This document shows positions 12,716-26,025 of a DNA stretch of 64,000 nucleotides, piece after piece. Each line of letters begins with the position of its first letter. Position 1 is the first letter of the stretch. The notes beneath the pieces were generated by a model. It did not search any database, had not been told where the DNA came from, and saw nothing but the letters and a program-made list of their open reading frames with translations. The translations under genes and the position numbers were made by a program. The DNA comes from Chiloscyllium plagiosum (Eukaryota): contig NC_057717.1 in NCBI RefSeq assembly GCF_004010195.1, positions 103,674,631-103,738,630 on the forward strand. The letters are read 5' to 3'.

Positions 12716-14119
12716 AACATACTTATTCATGACAAGAGGGAGAAATTGACTGCTTTTCTCTCACACACCCCCAGTGTGAGGTGAATGTTTGTGGGTGTGG
12801 TACCAATCAAGAGGGCTGCTTTGTCCTGGATGATGTTAAACTTATTGAGTGTTGTTGGATCTGCACCCATCCAGGCAAGTGGGGAGTATTCCATCACACT
12901 CCTGACTTGTACCTTGTAGATGGTGGACAGGCTTAGGGGAGTCAGGAGGTGCAGCGATGGTTGAGATCAAAACCCCACCCTCTTCCCAATATCTCTTGAT
13001 CCCTTGAGCCATAAGAGCTATATCTAACTCCTTCCTGAAACTACAGTGTTCTGGATTCAGTCACTGATTGTGGGAATGAATTCCAACCATTCTCTCCACT
13101 CTCTGGGTGAAGACATTTCCCCTCACTTCAGTCTTAAAAGGTTTTCACCTGATCCTTAAACTATGACTCCTGGAAGGAAATGACAGTGCCTTATAGAAAG
13201 CCTTGTTTCTCGCTCCCCACCCCCTTTCACTCTGTACTGCACTGGGTGTGATGGCAACCATTTGGTATTTATGTCTGCAGAGGGCGTATTGACTGTACAG
13301 CCCCGTGTCAGAGTCAACGGCCATGTCCGATGAGTACACTTCAAAAGGACTTCACCGGCTGTGAAGCAGTTTGGGACATCCTGAGGTTTTGTGAAAGGCG
13401 CTATGTGAATGCAAACCTCCCCGTCGGCTCTTCATAACGCCTGTGATCGGTGGAATGGCCCCAGCTGCATTTTGGGTGGATGGCCCAAGGGAAACTTACA
13501 GAGCAGGTGACAAAGACGGAGATCAGAGGTCGATCTCGGGGTGATGGCGGGGTTGGTGGAAAGGTTGCAGAAGGGAGTTACAGATCCGCCACCCCCATTA
13601 ATGCCAGAGCCCATGGAGGGGGTGCAGAGTCAAGAATGAACAGGCAATAGGTCAGAATTGGAATATAGTGATCTCAGAGGGTTTTCAAAATGTAGAGGCA
13701 CAGAAGATAGGGAGCAGCCCATTCTCACCACTTCACCAATCGATATAATCTTGGCTGATTGTTGAGATCAATATCCCAACTCCCCCCATATCTCTTGATC
13801 TCTCGAGCCATAAGAGTTATACCTATCTCTGTCCTGAAACCACAGTGTTCTGGATTCAGCCACTAATTGTGGGAGTGAATTTCAACCATTCTCCCCACTC
13901 TGAAGACATTTCTCCTCATCTCAGTGCTAAAAGATTCGCCTGATCCTTAAACTATGGCCCCTGGTTCTGTACTTCCCCACAGCGGGGAACATCCTTCCCG
14001 CAGACAACCTGCCTAGTCTTATTAGAATTGATAGGTTTCTGTGAGACCTCCCCCACCTCTTTCTTCTGTATACAATCCTCACTGACTCAATCTCTTCTCA
14101 TACGTCAGTCTCCACCTCA

Positions 14120-15635
14120 AAGACTGTGGGCCGTGACAACATTCCAGCAATAATACTGAAGACTTGTGCTTCAGAACTCGCCACTCCCCTCGCCAGGCTG
14201 TTCCACTACAATTACAGCGTTGGCAACTACTCAACAATGTGGAAAATTGCCCAGGTATGTCCTACGCATAAAAAGTAGGACAAATCCAACCCGGCCAATT
14301 ACCGCCCAATCAGTCTACTCTCCATCATCAGTAAAGTGATGGAAGGGGTCATCAACAGGGCTTTCAAGCAGCACCTGCTCAGCAATAACCTGCTCAGTGA
14401 CGCCCAGTTTGGGTTCTGCCAGGGCCACTCAGCTCCTGACCCCATTACAGCTTTCGTTCAAACATGGACAACAGAGCTGAATTCCAGAGGGGAGGGGAGA
14501 GGGACAGCCCTTGACATCAAGGTTGCATTCGACCGAGTGTGGCATCAAGGAGCCCTGGCAAAACTGGAATCAATGGGTATCAGGGGGCAAATTCTCCAGT
14601 GGATGGAGTCTCACCTGATACATAGGAAGGTGGTCGTGTTTGTTGGAGGTCAGTCATCTCAGCTCCAGGACATCTCTGCAGGAGTTCCTCAGGGTAATGT
14701 CCAAGACTCAATCATCTTCAGCTGCTTCATCAATGATCTTCCCTCCATCAGAAGGTGAGAAGTGAGGATGTTTCCTAATGATTGCACAATGTTCAGCACC
14801 ATTTGCAACTCCTCAGACACTGAAGCAGTCCATGTTCAAATGCAATAAGATCTGGACAATATGCAGACTTGGGCTGACAAGTGGCAAATAATATTTGTGC
14901 CACTCGAATGCCAGGCTATGACCATCTCCAATAAGAAACAATCTATCCACTGCTCCTTGACATTCAATGGTGTGACCATCACCAAATTCCCCACTATCAA
15001 CATCCTTGGGGATTGACCAGAAACTAAACTGGACTCACCACATAAACACAATAGCTACAAAAGCATATCAGAGCCTAGGAATACTGCAATGAATAGTGCA
15101 CCTCCTGACTCCCCATAGCCTGTCCACCATCTACAAGGCACAAGTTGGGAGGGTGCTGGAATACTCCCCATTGGCCTGGATGGGTGCAGCTCAAGAAGTT
15201 TGACATCATCCAGGACAAACCACCCACTTGATTGGCACCACATCCATAAACATTCACTGCCTCCACCACCGATGCTCAGTAGCAGCAGTGTGTACCATCT
15301 ACAAGATGCACTTCAGAAAATCACAAAGTTCCTCAGACAGCACCTTCCAAACCCATGTCCACTTCCATCTCGAAGGACAGGGGCAGCAGAGACATGGGAA
15401 CACCACCTGCCGCAAGTTCCCCTCCAAGTCACTCACCATCTTGACTCGGAAAATTATCACCATTCCTTCAGTGTCACTGGGTCAAAATCCTGGAATTCCC
15501 TCCCTAAGGGCATTATGGGTCAACCCACAGCAGGTGGGCTGCAGCGGTTCAAGAAGGCAGCTCACCCCCCACCTTCTCAAGGGGCAACTAGGGACGGGCA
15601 ATAAATGCTGGCCCCAGCCAGTGACATCCACATCC
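14120..15635 (+). mobile_element. CR1/L2-group LINE, 1.5-kb 3' fragment with a decayed reverse transcriptase
   Basis: NPANYRPISLLS, QFGF, ALDIKVAFDRVWH, GVPQG and FINDLP RT motifs, with in-frame stops; tail GGGCAATAAATGCTGGCC. Related fragments at ~9440-9860, 10530-10710 and 12780-12950. Confidence 0.9.
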
Positions 15636-16569
15636 TGCAATCCCAGGATAGTCCTACTATCCCAGGAATCAATTCTGTAAATCTTTATTGCTCTCCCTCT
15701 GTAGTAAGCTCACTATCCCACAGATAAGGAGACCAAAACTGCACACAATGTCTAAGGTACAATCTCATCAATGCTCTGTATAATTGCAGCACAACATTGT
15801 TTAAAAATAGACAGGTTCCACCTGGACTGAGTCAGACTTCCAGGCCAGCCGTCATGAATTGTCCACTGGCATTGCCATCAACCTAAGCCACACGTATCCA
15901 CTGAGAAATCACTCTGATGACACCCGTGACGGATTGAAACATGAATAATTATTTCTTAAAACATGCAGAGAATCTGACATCTCCCACGGGGAAAGTCCCA
16001 AATGAATCACAAAATCTAACACATTTCAAACAGACTCTAGACAGACTGGAGCCTGAAGTGATGTGGAAATGGACTGGAGCTGACACACCGCTCAGCCTGC
16101 CTTGGCATGGCCTACATCGTAGCTGGGTAGCTGCAGACTGAACCTCAATTTTCTTTCATCGGCTTAAGCCCAAGTTACGTCAGGATTTTTTGAAGGCCTA
16201 GCTGGTTTTCTTCTTGTGATATCTTACCAAACCCACCTCATTAACCACCTACCCCACCCCCTACAACATCCCCGCCCCCACCAACATTGTCCAATTCCAG
16301 CCCAGCTCACTACTGCCATGGTATCCCAGAATGCACTGGCATCCCTTCAGCCCACGCCATCTTGAAAAGCCTTGGATAGTCGGGGGCTGCACTGCATCAT
16401 CTCTGACATCTACCCCAGGATATCGCAGACGGGGAGGTGGGCAAGTTGTTGCCAGATGGTGTGGTGCATGTGCAACATTTTCTCTTTCCCCCACCCGCCC
16501 CGTGACCAGCTGTGAAGGCTTTGACGCTGGACTGTGCCAGCCTGGTGTGAGACTGGCGCTGAGTTAAAG

Positions 16570-17210
16570 CCAGCTCAGCCATCTGGAGGGATGGGCCAGC
16601 CCTGAAGGAAGACGGTCAACGACTCGCCATCCCTCCAGCCTAAGTGCCACCCTCTTCTGCCCCATACCTCTCTCTCTCTGCCTGTGCAACTGTACCCACC
16701 TCCTACAATGGGCTCATATGTTACCACTTCCGCCAATGCCTTCCCTTGTTCGATGCCACCCACCCCAGTTGCCAGCCTGGTGAAACAGTTGAGGCTACCT
16801 CAATTGAATGTTTTAAAGGCAAAGATAGATATATTTTTGAACAGTAAAGGAATTAAGGGTTATGGTGAGCAGGCGGGTAAGTGGAGCTGAGGCCATGGAA
16901 AGATCAGCCAGCATCTTATTGAATGGTGGAGCAGGCTCGAGGGGCCAGGCGGCCTACTCCTGCTCCTCGTTCTTAACTCCTGACACCATTAACCCTCCCT
17001 GCCTCTGCGCGGCCTGGTCACTCACCCTGCAACACAGAAGGTAACAGCAGTGCCACCCACTTACAAGCCCTGTAATACCCGCCCCTCTCTCACTGCCAAA
17101 AGGAAACAGTCCACAACAGGGCAGAAAGAGTCAAGACAGGAGGTGGACTACCCAACATCCAACTCCTTATCTCCTATTGGGAGAGAATCCTATCTCTGAC
17201 CGGCTTGAGC
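16570..17210 (+). mobile_element. PIF/Harbinger-type Myb/SANT gene remnant, interrupted by a CR1 tail (16770-16975)
   Basis: HNRAERVKTGGGLPNIQLL at ~17113-17170 and RKTVND at ~16607 resemble Harbinger Myb/SANT protein motifs. Confidence 0.45.
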
Positions 17211-17354
17211 CAGCTGACTGAGTGTGCCCGTCCTCCAGCACTGGTTTTGGAGGCTGCCCCTGACTCACTGCACTGAGGAAAGGTTGGCCTACCTGAGGCT
17301 ATCTGACAACTATGGCAAGTTTCCTGGCATTGTAACTGTATTCAATGGCAAGGC

Positions 17355-17860
17355 AAGATCTCCCTGCTATAAGAAGGATGTTGTGAAAGGGTTCAGAAAA
17401 GATTTAACAAGAATATTGCCAGGGTTGGAGGGTTTGAGCTACAGGTAGAGGCTGGGACTATTTTCCCTGGAGCGTCGGAGACTGAGGGGTGACCTTACAG
17501 AGGTTTATAAAATCATGAGGGGCAAGGATGGGGTGAACAGACAAGGCCTTTTCCCCAAGGTGGGGGAGTCCAGAACTAGAGGGCATAGGTTTAGGGTGAA
17601 AGGGGAAAGAGACCTAAGGGGCAACGTTTTCACACAGAGGGTGATACGTGTATGGAATGAGCTGCCAGAGGAAGCGGTGGAGGCTGATACAATTACAACA
17701 TTTAAAAGGCATTTGGATGGATATATGAATAGGAGGGGTTTAGAGGGATATTGGCCAGGTGCTGACAACTGGCACTAGATTAGTTTAGGGTATCTGGTCA
17801 GCACGAATGAGTTGAACCGAAGGGTCTGTTTCAGTGCTGTACATCTCTATGACTCTATGT
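17355..17860 (+). mobile_element. CR1 (HER1-like) LINE 3' end
   Basis: LFPKVGESRTRGHRFRV...WNELPEEAVEA. Confidence 0.9.
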
Positions 17861-17984
17861 CTCTCTCTCTGCACCTTCTCTGTGGCTATAACACTGCTTC
17901 CTATGCTCTGTTCTGCTACCCTGACACACTTTGTAGGGTACAATCTGCCTGTCCAGCACATGTGACAACAATCAATCAATCATT

Positions 17985-18480
17985 CCTGAGACTTGAGGAC
18001 AGAAACTGTGCTGTCACCCGTGGTGCAGAGCTGAGGGAAAACTGCATTGTCAGAGGTGCCATCCTTCAAATTAAACCCAGGTCAGATCAGCCCTCACACA
18101 GGACCATGGAAGTGTTACAGTGCAGGAAGAGGCCATTCAGCCCCTTGGGTCTGTACTGGTTTCTGAGTGAGCGTCATGCCTTTGTGCCATCCTGCTTCTT
18201 TCCCCCATGATCCTGTGTGTTGTCACTGTGCTGGTGAGCAATAACAGATCCCGCAGCATTGCTTCGAAGAAGATCCGAGGAATTATCCCTGGGGACCCAG
18301 TGGATGTATATCCCCCGCCATGTTATTTGTTAAATATCACTGTCACTGTCTGTGGGAGTTTGCTGTACACAAAATGTGTGACCATACAGCAGTCACTACA
18401 CATCAAAAGCACCTAATTGGCTGTAGAGGCATTCCGAGGTTGAAAAAGGAACTATATAAATGCAAAGATATTGTCTTTTC
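17985..18480 (+). mobile_element. Deu-domain SINE (SacSINE1/AmnSINE1-like), degenerate
   Basis: CTGCATTGTCAGAGGTGCC, GTGGGAGTTTGCTGTACACAAA and the tail CTATATAAATGCAA. Further fragments at ~13315-13415, 32130-32245, 32700-32820, 41380-41540 and 52480-52735. Confidence 0.6.
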
Positions 18481-19444
18481 CAGTTCTGGGTTTCTGGTCA
18501 AATGTTTGTTCGAGAATGTCAACAGTTGAGAAACTACAAGCTTCACTGATGTTGAAGGAAGCTAAAACTGGGTGGGTTTATTTTGCAGCTAGAGTCATAA
18601 CTGTTTCTCTCAGGCTGCATGACATCTGCAGTGAGTGAAAACGTAAATAGATCAAGGCATTCAGCTTTCATTCAGCAGCTCCTGTGGTTTTTAAGATAGC
18701 ATCTCTCCATAAAGCCCCTTCCTCGCACTCTCATCGCTGTCTCACTACAGAGTGGCCAACTCCACAAAGATAGCACAGGAAATAAACTCATCTCCAACAC
18801 ATCCTCTAATGACGGGCAGGTGGTGGGATAGTGGCTGGATTTAGAGCTAAAGCCCTGAGGGCAAGGCCTCAACTCTCACCATGTGTAGCTGATGGAATAT
18901 AATTTCAATTAAAGGGAAATATGAAACTACTCTCAGTAATGGTGCCCATGACACCCATCATCATCTGTGTCCCTCATGATGTTCAGGGAATGAAGTCGAC
19001 TGTCCTTATCCTCACCTGGTCTGGGCCTACACACGTGACTCCAGATCCACAGCAATATGTTTAACTCTTAATCGGAATCGTATGGCCATTAAAAGAGCTC
19101 ATTTGAACAATTTGTTTGTTGTGAAAGTGTTGGCGAATTGTGGGGGGTTGGGGTGATCACCACTGTACTCCATCTCAATCAGGTGACTACCTTCTATCCC
19201 AGTTGGCCCAGTTGACTGGAGGATAGACTGAGAGTGGGAGAGGGGTCTGGCTGGTTCGGGAATAGGGGGAGGTGAGCATTGCCATCCTAACCTGTGACGT
19301 TGTCCTCCCTGAGCAACCAGGAGCCCAGTCCAAGCAAGTCCAGGCAACGTGGCATCCCATCATGACCCAGCAGCACAGGCACAGTGAACATGGGGGTCTG
19401 TCCCCATCTCCCACCACTGCTTCCTCACACATCCCCCCAACACC

Positions 19445-19745
19445 CTCTTCTCACACTCACACACACGCGCATATATGCATGTACACACACGCACATACAC
19501 ATACACTCCTCAGCTGAAACTTTATTGCTGGAACAGCACAGCAGGTCAGGCAGCATCTAGGGAACAGAAGATTCGACGTTTCGGGCACATGCCCTTCTTC
19601 AGGAATGAGCAGAGAGTGTTCAGCAGGAGAAGATCAGACAAACACACACACACGCACACACACATGCACCCACACACATTCACACACAAACACACACATA
19701 AACACACCCACACACACACACACCCATACACACACAAACAACAAA
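19445..19745. repeat. (CA)n-rich microsatellite split by a Penelope half-element
   Basis: Directly visible. Confidence 0.9.
19571..19606 (-). ncRNA. Minimal type I hammerhead ribozyme motif in a Penelope-derived repeat
   Basis: Minus strand reads ATTC-CTGAAGA-A-GGGC-ATGT-GCCC-GAAAC-GTC-GAAT: intact CUGANGA and GAAA core, 4-bp stem II, 4-bp stem I (ATTC/GAAT), GUC cleavage triplet and palindromic ACGU stem III. Confidence 0.7.
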
Positions 19746-20243
19746 ATCTCGGTCACTACCCTGGCCAAAGTGCCAACAGCATTCACATTGAAACGTGGTG
19801 CCAGCACTCAACCCGTGGGTATGACAGTCAGAGATTTGTGGGGACCTCCCCAAATCCTTGTCCTGGTGGCATTATGTATCCAGTTATAAACCACAAACAG
19901 TTTTATTCATGTCGCCTCAACTCTGCCTCCTCCCAGACACGGCTAAGTGCTTTCAATCCCTACCTAAGACTGTCCTTGTCTCTTTGTTATTTATAGCAGT
20001 TGTTCATTACTGCTATCTTCATATATAGCAGTTTGTCTTTGATGATTCTTTCAATCCAAGGACAGCTATTAAAGTTCTGAAGTTTGTAATTTCACAACAG
20101 AAAGCTTTGAAAACCACACATCGTGTCAATTTTAATCCAGGAATTAAAATTCCCGGCACACTTCCCATCTTCAATGCTTGGAATTCAATTCCGCCACCCT
20201 TCCCCCACAACTAGCCCAGAGGGAATTGCCAGCAAACAAAGAC

Positions 20244-20575
20244 ATGCACACTGGCTCAGTGGTTAACACTGCTACCCCACAGCGCCAGGGACCCGGGTTC
20301 GCTTCCACCCCCAGGCGACTGTCTGTGTGGAGTTTGCACATTCTCCCCGTGTCTGTGTGGGTTTCCTCCGGGTGCTCCAATTTCCTCTCACAGTTCAAAG
20401 GTGTGCAGGTTAGGGTGGATTGGCCATGAGAAATTGCTCATAGTGTCCAGGGATATGCAGGCTAGGTGGGTTAGCCATGGGGAATGCAGGGATAGGGAGG
20501 TGGGTTGCTCTTCAGAGGTGCGGCATGGACTCAATGGGCTGAATGGCCTGCTTCCACACTGTGAGGATTCTATGG
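20244..20575 (+). mobile_element. HE1-type SINE
   Basis: tRNA head, V-domain and tail as above. Confidence 0.88.
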
Positions 20576-21367
20576 CTCAGTAATAGCACGGAAATGAGTG
20601 TACAATGTGCTGGATCCTTATTCTGAGGTGTTCAAGACAAACTGGCCCAGGATGTATTAGCCATGGACTCTTGTGGTGCAGTGTTAGCATAAGGAGGCAT
20701 ATCTGAACAGATTGGTTTTTAAAAAGAGCATGAACACGTTCTGCTGGTTTTTCCTCAAGTCCTTTGTGGGATTTGATTTTCCCTGTGCTACAATACGTGG
20801 AGTTGAAATTCTGTGTCCCAATATGTTTCCAATATTACAACATCAGAATCAGAGCACTGTCTGACTGTTGCCTGAAGCTGGTTTTCCACTTTAAGCTGTG
20901 CTATCAGGGTGCAGTGAGACCCAACTAGCTGTCTTCCTCACTTCCAGCACCTTTGCAGAAACAGCTTCTAAAAAAGACTTGCACACTGCCTTGCTCTGAT
21001 TATGAGGAAACTGTTGACAGGGAGGAAGTGGGACTGAATCATTTTCAGTCTATACTGAGCTGGGGGACTGGTAGCTGTGAATTATCTAACAGTGTGCCAG
21101 ACTACAGTATGACATAATTTGAAGAGAAGGCTGCTGAGCAATCTGCAAACTTGCTCTGAAACCTGGTACAGGCGTTTGCCAAAAACTTGGTTTCGGTTTT
21201 GCCGCTTGCATTCTGTGTCAGTGGCTCAGTGGCAATATGGAACTCTATGGCTTCATGACCCAGTGCAGAATCCAGGCTGACTTCAAGGCCTCTCTCTGGG
21301 GCCAGTGTAACCACTGCAAAGAAGAGCTGAGAGGTTCATCCCTCAGGGCAGTGCAAGTCAACACTTA

Positions 21368-21660
21368 GAATCACAGATTCCCTACAGTGTGGAAACAGGC
21401 CCTTCGGCCCAACAAGTCCACTCTGAAGAGCATCCCACCCAGACCCATTCCCCTACCCTACATTTACCGCTGACTAATGTGCATAACCTACACATCCCTG
21501 AACACTATGGTTGATTTAGCATGGCCAATCCACCCTAACCTGCACATCTTTGGACTGTGGGAAGAAACCGGAGCACCCAGAGGAAACCCACACAGACACT
21601 GGCAGAATGTGCACACACAGTCCACACACAGTCGCCCGAGGCTGGAATCAAACTCAGAAT
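21368..21660 (-). mobile_element. HE1-type SINE, inserted in a degraded Deu-type SINE
   Basis: Reverse-complement match; Deu-SINE-like pieces lie on both sides (~21220-21340 and ~21705-21790). Confidence 0.82.
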
Positions 21661-21804
21661 TAACTGCCTGTGAGCCATATTCAATAATAGATTTAACTGG
21701 GCTGCAGGATCTTGCTGTGCACAATATTGCAGTGGTGACTGTTGTACCACAGCAGGGACTACATTTCAAAAAGCACTGAATGGACTGTAAAACAGGTGTG
21801 TGCG

Positions 21805-21838
<34 letters not shown>

Positions 21839-21855
21839 TGTGTGTATTCATGTGC

Positions 21856-22078
21856 ACAGATATTTCTTCCAGAATGCGATAGTTGCGTTCCCGAGCGATC
21901 CCACATTAGACAAAAATCGCCCAACACAACCAACCCTTAGAGTGTTGGTGATGAAATCACGTTACAGACAATACACGCTTTAAAAGTTCCCATTTTGGAA
22001 ACAGCGTTCCCTATTCACCCAATCGCATAACAGCCAATTCACATTAACGAAAGACGTGTTATAGCAGGACAACCTGTA
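21856..22078. mobile_element. Tigger-like MITE (a second partial copy, inverted, at ~23509-23660)
   Basis: The end TTATAGCAGGACAACCTGTA is the reverse complement of CAGGTTGTTCTGCTCTAAC at 23509, and internal sequence is shared. Confidence 0.55.
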
Positions 22079-24084
22079 TGTGTGTGTGGATGCAAGAGTG
22101 TGTGTGTGTGAATGAATGTTGCTATGTTCTTGTGTGTCTATGTCTGCATATGCATGTGTGTATGTCTGCATGTGTGTGACCAGGTGAATGTACATACATG
22201 TGTGCATGTGTCCGTGTAAGGGGGCAGGAATGAAAGGGCTGGATATAAATCAGTTTTAATGAGGAACTCGATGATCATTTGATGTGTCCAGTTTGGGCAG
22301 TTTAATCAGGCCACAGACTGGAGGATGGGGACCCAGGGGGTTTCTGTCCCTGACCCAATTAAATCCCAGATGGGAACGCTTCCCATCCAACCCCCAATTG
22401 AGACATTTAAATGGGAAATCAGTTGCCTCTTAAGGACCCCATCCCTTTACCATTGGTATTAACCCCCACTCCCCAATACCCACCCAAGGAGTGTACAGGC
22501 TAGTTACATAGGCTTGCTCGTGGTCTCCTGGAGAAGTCCATCATCGAAAGAACCTCAGCCACATGTGAAGGTGCTCAGTCAAGATGGTCTTTACTGATTC
22601 ATGATCCAACCCACCCCTCCTACAACACACAGCCTCCCGCCATTTGTGTTGTGAAAACTACTCCGACAAGCTCATTGTTGGGGTAGACAGCTGCCACCAA
22701 TCACCTTGCTCTATTGGGTCAAAGGGACTTTCTGATCAGCAGTGGTTCAGGGCTGAATGACTGGTGAGTCTAAACATTGGTGAGACATTTGTATCAATAG
22801 ATACAACTTATAGTTGGTTGATCATGTGTAAGGACCTATGACTACCTGGAGCTGGAAATGACATATCTGATCTCACCTGGATCTCCATCTGGATTCCAGA
22901 TCTCTCACCCAGGGACGTATGACCATCATCAGACTGGGAGGAGCCTGAAGCAGCCTTTGACATTAACCCTTTCAGAACCTTATACGACGCCTCCCTGTGT
23001 CACCCCCTGCCCTGGGATCCTGGGTGCTGAGTCTAACCCCATTCCCCTCAGTGGTGCTGCCTTTCCATAAAGCTTTCAGCTTCTTTCTGATTGGCCGAAA
23101 GGTGGACACAAACTCTGCACTCCCTTCCCATCCCCCCCGCCCCATCAGGGTCCTGGATCCAGAAGAAGGCCCTCTGCCGTCCAGTTAAGTGCCTGAGTGG
23201 CAGTTAATTTCATCCAGCAGGCAGGACCCCCCTCACCTGCTCGAAATCCAGCCTGATGTGGGCCCGTGTGGAACAGATGGTCATGGATTTATGATTCCAA
23301 AGCTTTTCCTGTGATTTCTGATCCAATTGTAGACAGAACGGTTACGGCAGAAGACCATACCATTTGCGTTAAAGCTCCACATGAGCTTCCTCTAACCTTG
23401 CTTCATCTCACCCTGCAATGATCGGAACCAGCTAGATCTTATTGACTACGTGCTCGCTGACTGGAGTTGCTAACCTGGACCTGTCAGGAAAGCCATGGCT
23501 GTCCAATCCAGGTTGTTCTGCTCTAACGTGCGTTTCATTAAAAACGTGAATTCACTGTCACGCGGTCGGCGATGTGGGAACGCTGTGTCTAACAAGTGAA
23601 CTTTCAAACCGTGTGTTGGCTTTAACGCGATTCCGGCCCCATCAGTTTAAATGCTGCGGGCTCTTGGATGATTTTCTTTCAAGATCATATGAGAACTGAG
23701 CTATCGCAGAACCGACTGTATAAGCAGGAGTTTGGGACTTCCAGGGGACTGACTCCAAGCTGGCTGGCCTGAACCAGTGCATTCTGCACAAGTAAAGAAA
23801 GCGTGATTTGGTGACAGAATACCAGCCTTTGTGCAGTTATTTCGCCCGCTTGGCCTTTTACACCTTTCTCCCTTTTGAGGTTATCCAGCTTCCCCTTCAA
23901 CACATCTCTGTTATTCACCTGAACCGTTCCCTGTGGTACCACACTCGTAGCAGCTCCTGGGTAGACATCTTTCTCCTGTGACCTTCCTATTGGATTTACT
24001 AGTGACCACCTGATATTTAAGGCCCCAGCCCTGGGCTGCCCCATAGTTACATCTCTCCTACTGACCCCCTTCATCAATCAAGGA

Positions 24085-24500
24085 GAGACAGTGGTGTAGT
24101 GGCGATGACACTAATGTTCAGGACACTGGGCTCAGTTCCGTGGTCAATGACAAGATCCGATTTCACTGAAAGGGGTTAGATCGCGATCTTGGAGGTTAAA
24201 AGGTATGGACAGGGAACTGGATGGTGAGCCGTGATCATATTAAATAACGGAGTAGGTTTGAAGGGCCGAATGTCTCCTATTTTCTTTATTTTAAAAATCT
24301 GTAATTAAAATCTAGTCTAATAATGCCCACTGTCAATTGTTGTAAAAACCCCATCTGGTTCACTAATATCCCCTAGGGAGGAAGAGCCAGCCGTTCTTAC
24401 CCAGTCTGGCCTACATGTGACTCCAGACCCACACCAATGCGGTTGACTCTTAACTGCTCTCTGGGCAATAAATGCTGACTTGGCCTTTGATGTCCACACC
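24085..24500 (+). mobile_element. Second tRNA-derived SINE family sharing its tail with the 14120-15635 LINE
   Basis: GTGGTGTAGTGG head; AAAACCCATCTGGTTCACTAAT...GTGACTCCAGACCCAC body; GGGCAATAAATGCTG tail. Other copies at ~880-1940 (-), 18825-19080, 30380-30640 (-) and 39615-39865. Confidence 0.7.
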
Positions 24501-25589
24501 CCATGACTTTTTTTTTTAAATTAAAGACTTTCGTCAGATTTCATCAACTTCTGTTTTTTTTTCTCTCTAGAGGGGATAAAACAGACCCACTCTGGGTCAG
24601 CCTTGCTGTGGCATTATTTCATTTCAGGTGTCATCATTATAAATCTTTTTTTTTTACAATTTTTTTTTTACAATGCATCTATCTCCTCTTTTTGTAACAT
24701 GGAGACAAGTACCAGCACTCAATATCTCAGTCTGCTCAAACCAAGGGTTTACACAGGTTTAACGTCAGCTTTTCAATTCTATCCTTCATCTTTGATCAAG
24801 GTTTATCGCCCCAATTATCTATCTTTGCCTTAAAGACACTCAACGAGGTAGTCTCAACCGCTTCCCTGGGCAGAGAATTCCACAGATTCACAACCCTCTG
24901 GGTGAAGACGTTCCTCCTCAGCTCAGTCCTTAACCTGCTCCCCCCCCCCCACTTATTTTGAGGCTATGCCCCCTCGTTCTAGTTCCATTCCCCCCAGTGG
25001 AATAAACCTCCCTGCTTCCACCTTATCTATTCCCTTCCTAATTTTATATGTTTCTGTGAGAATGCAACCCGCTCCCCCCGACCCCTCAACTCTTCTAAAT
25101 TCCAATGTGTATAGTTCCAGTTCAGCCTCTCCTCACAATTCTGGACCAAGCTAGGAAACGTCCTCTGCACCCATTCCTAAAATGTCCGAAATGTTATGAC
25201 CGAAACGTCGATTCTCCTGCTCCTCGGATGCTGCCTGACCTGCTGTGCTCTTCCAGCATCACACTCTCGACTCTGATGTCCAGCATCTGCAGTCCTCACT
25301 TTCACCCATCACCCCGTCCAGCACCACTGCATCCTTTCTCAAGTACGAGACCAGATTTTTTTTTTGATCAGTAAAAGGAATTAAGGGTGAGAGGGCGGGT
25401 AAGTGGAGCTGAGTCCATGAAAACGATCAGCCGTGATCTTATTGAATGGTGGAGCGGGCTCGAGGGGCCAGGCGGCCTACTCCTGCTCCTGGTTCTTAGG
25501 TTCTTATGTTCAATTAAGTCAATAGCCCCATTATGGCCCCAGCATGCGACCATTCTCGGATTTTAGAAAGTAACTCTTCTATTTATCTT

Positions 25590-26025
25590 GTCAAGGACTT
25601 GAGCTATAGGGAGAGTTTGAATAGGCTAGGGATGTTTTCCCTGGAGCGTCGGAGGCTGAAGGGTGACCTTATAGAGGTTTATAAAATCATGAGGCGCATG
25701 GATAGGGTAAATAGACAAAGTCTTTTCCCTGGGATGGTGGAGTCCAGAACTAGAGGGCATAGGTTTAGGGTGAGAGGGGAAAGATTTAAAAGAGACCTAA
25801 GGGGCAACGTTTTCAGACAGAGGGTGGTACGTGTGTGGAATGAGCTGCCAGAGGAAGTGGTGGAGGCTGGTACAATTACAACATTTAAAAAGTATATGAA
25901 TAGGAAGGGTTTAGAGGGATATAGGCCGGGTGCTGGCAAGTGGGACTAGATTGGGTTGGGATATCTGGTCGGCATGGACGGGTTGGACTGAAGGGTCTGT
26001 TTCCGTGCTGTACATCTCGATGACC
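25590..26025 (+). mobile_element. CR1 (HER1-like) LINE 3' end
   Basis: LSYRESLNRLGMFSLERRRLKGDLIEVYKIM...WNELPEEVVEAG. Confidence 0.92.
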
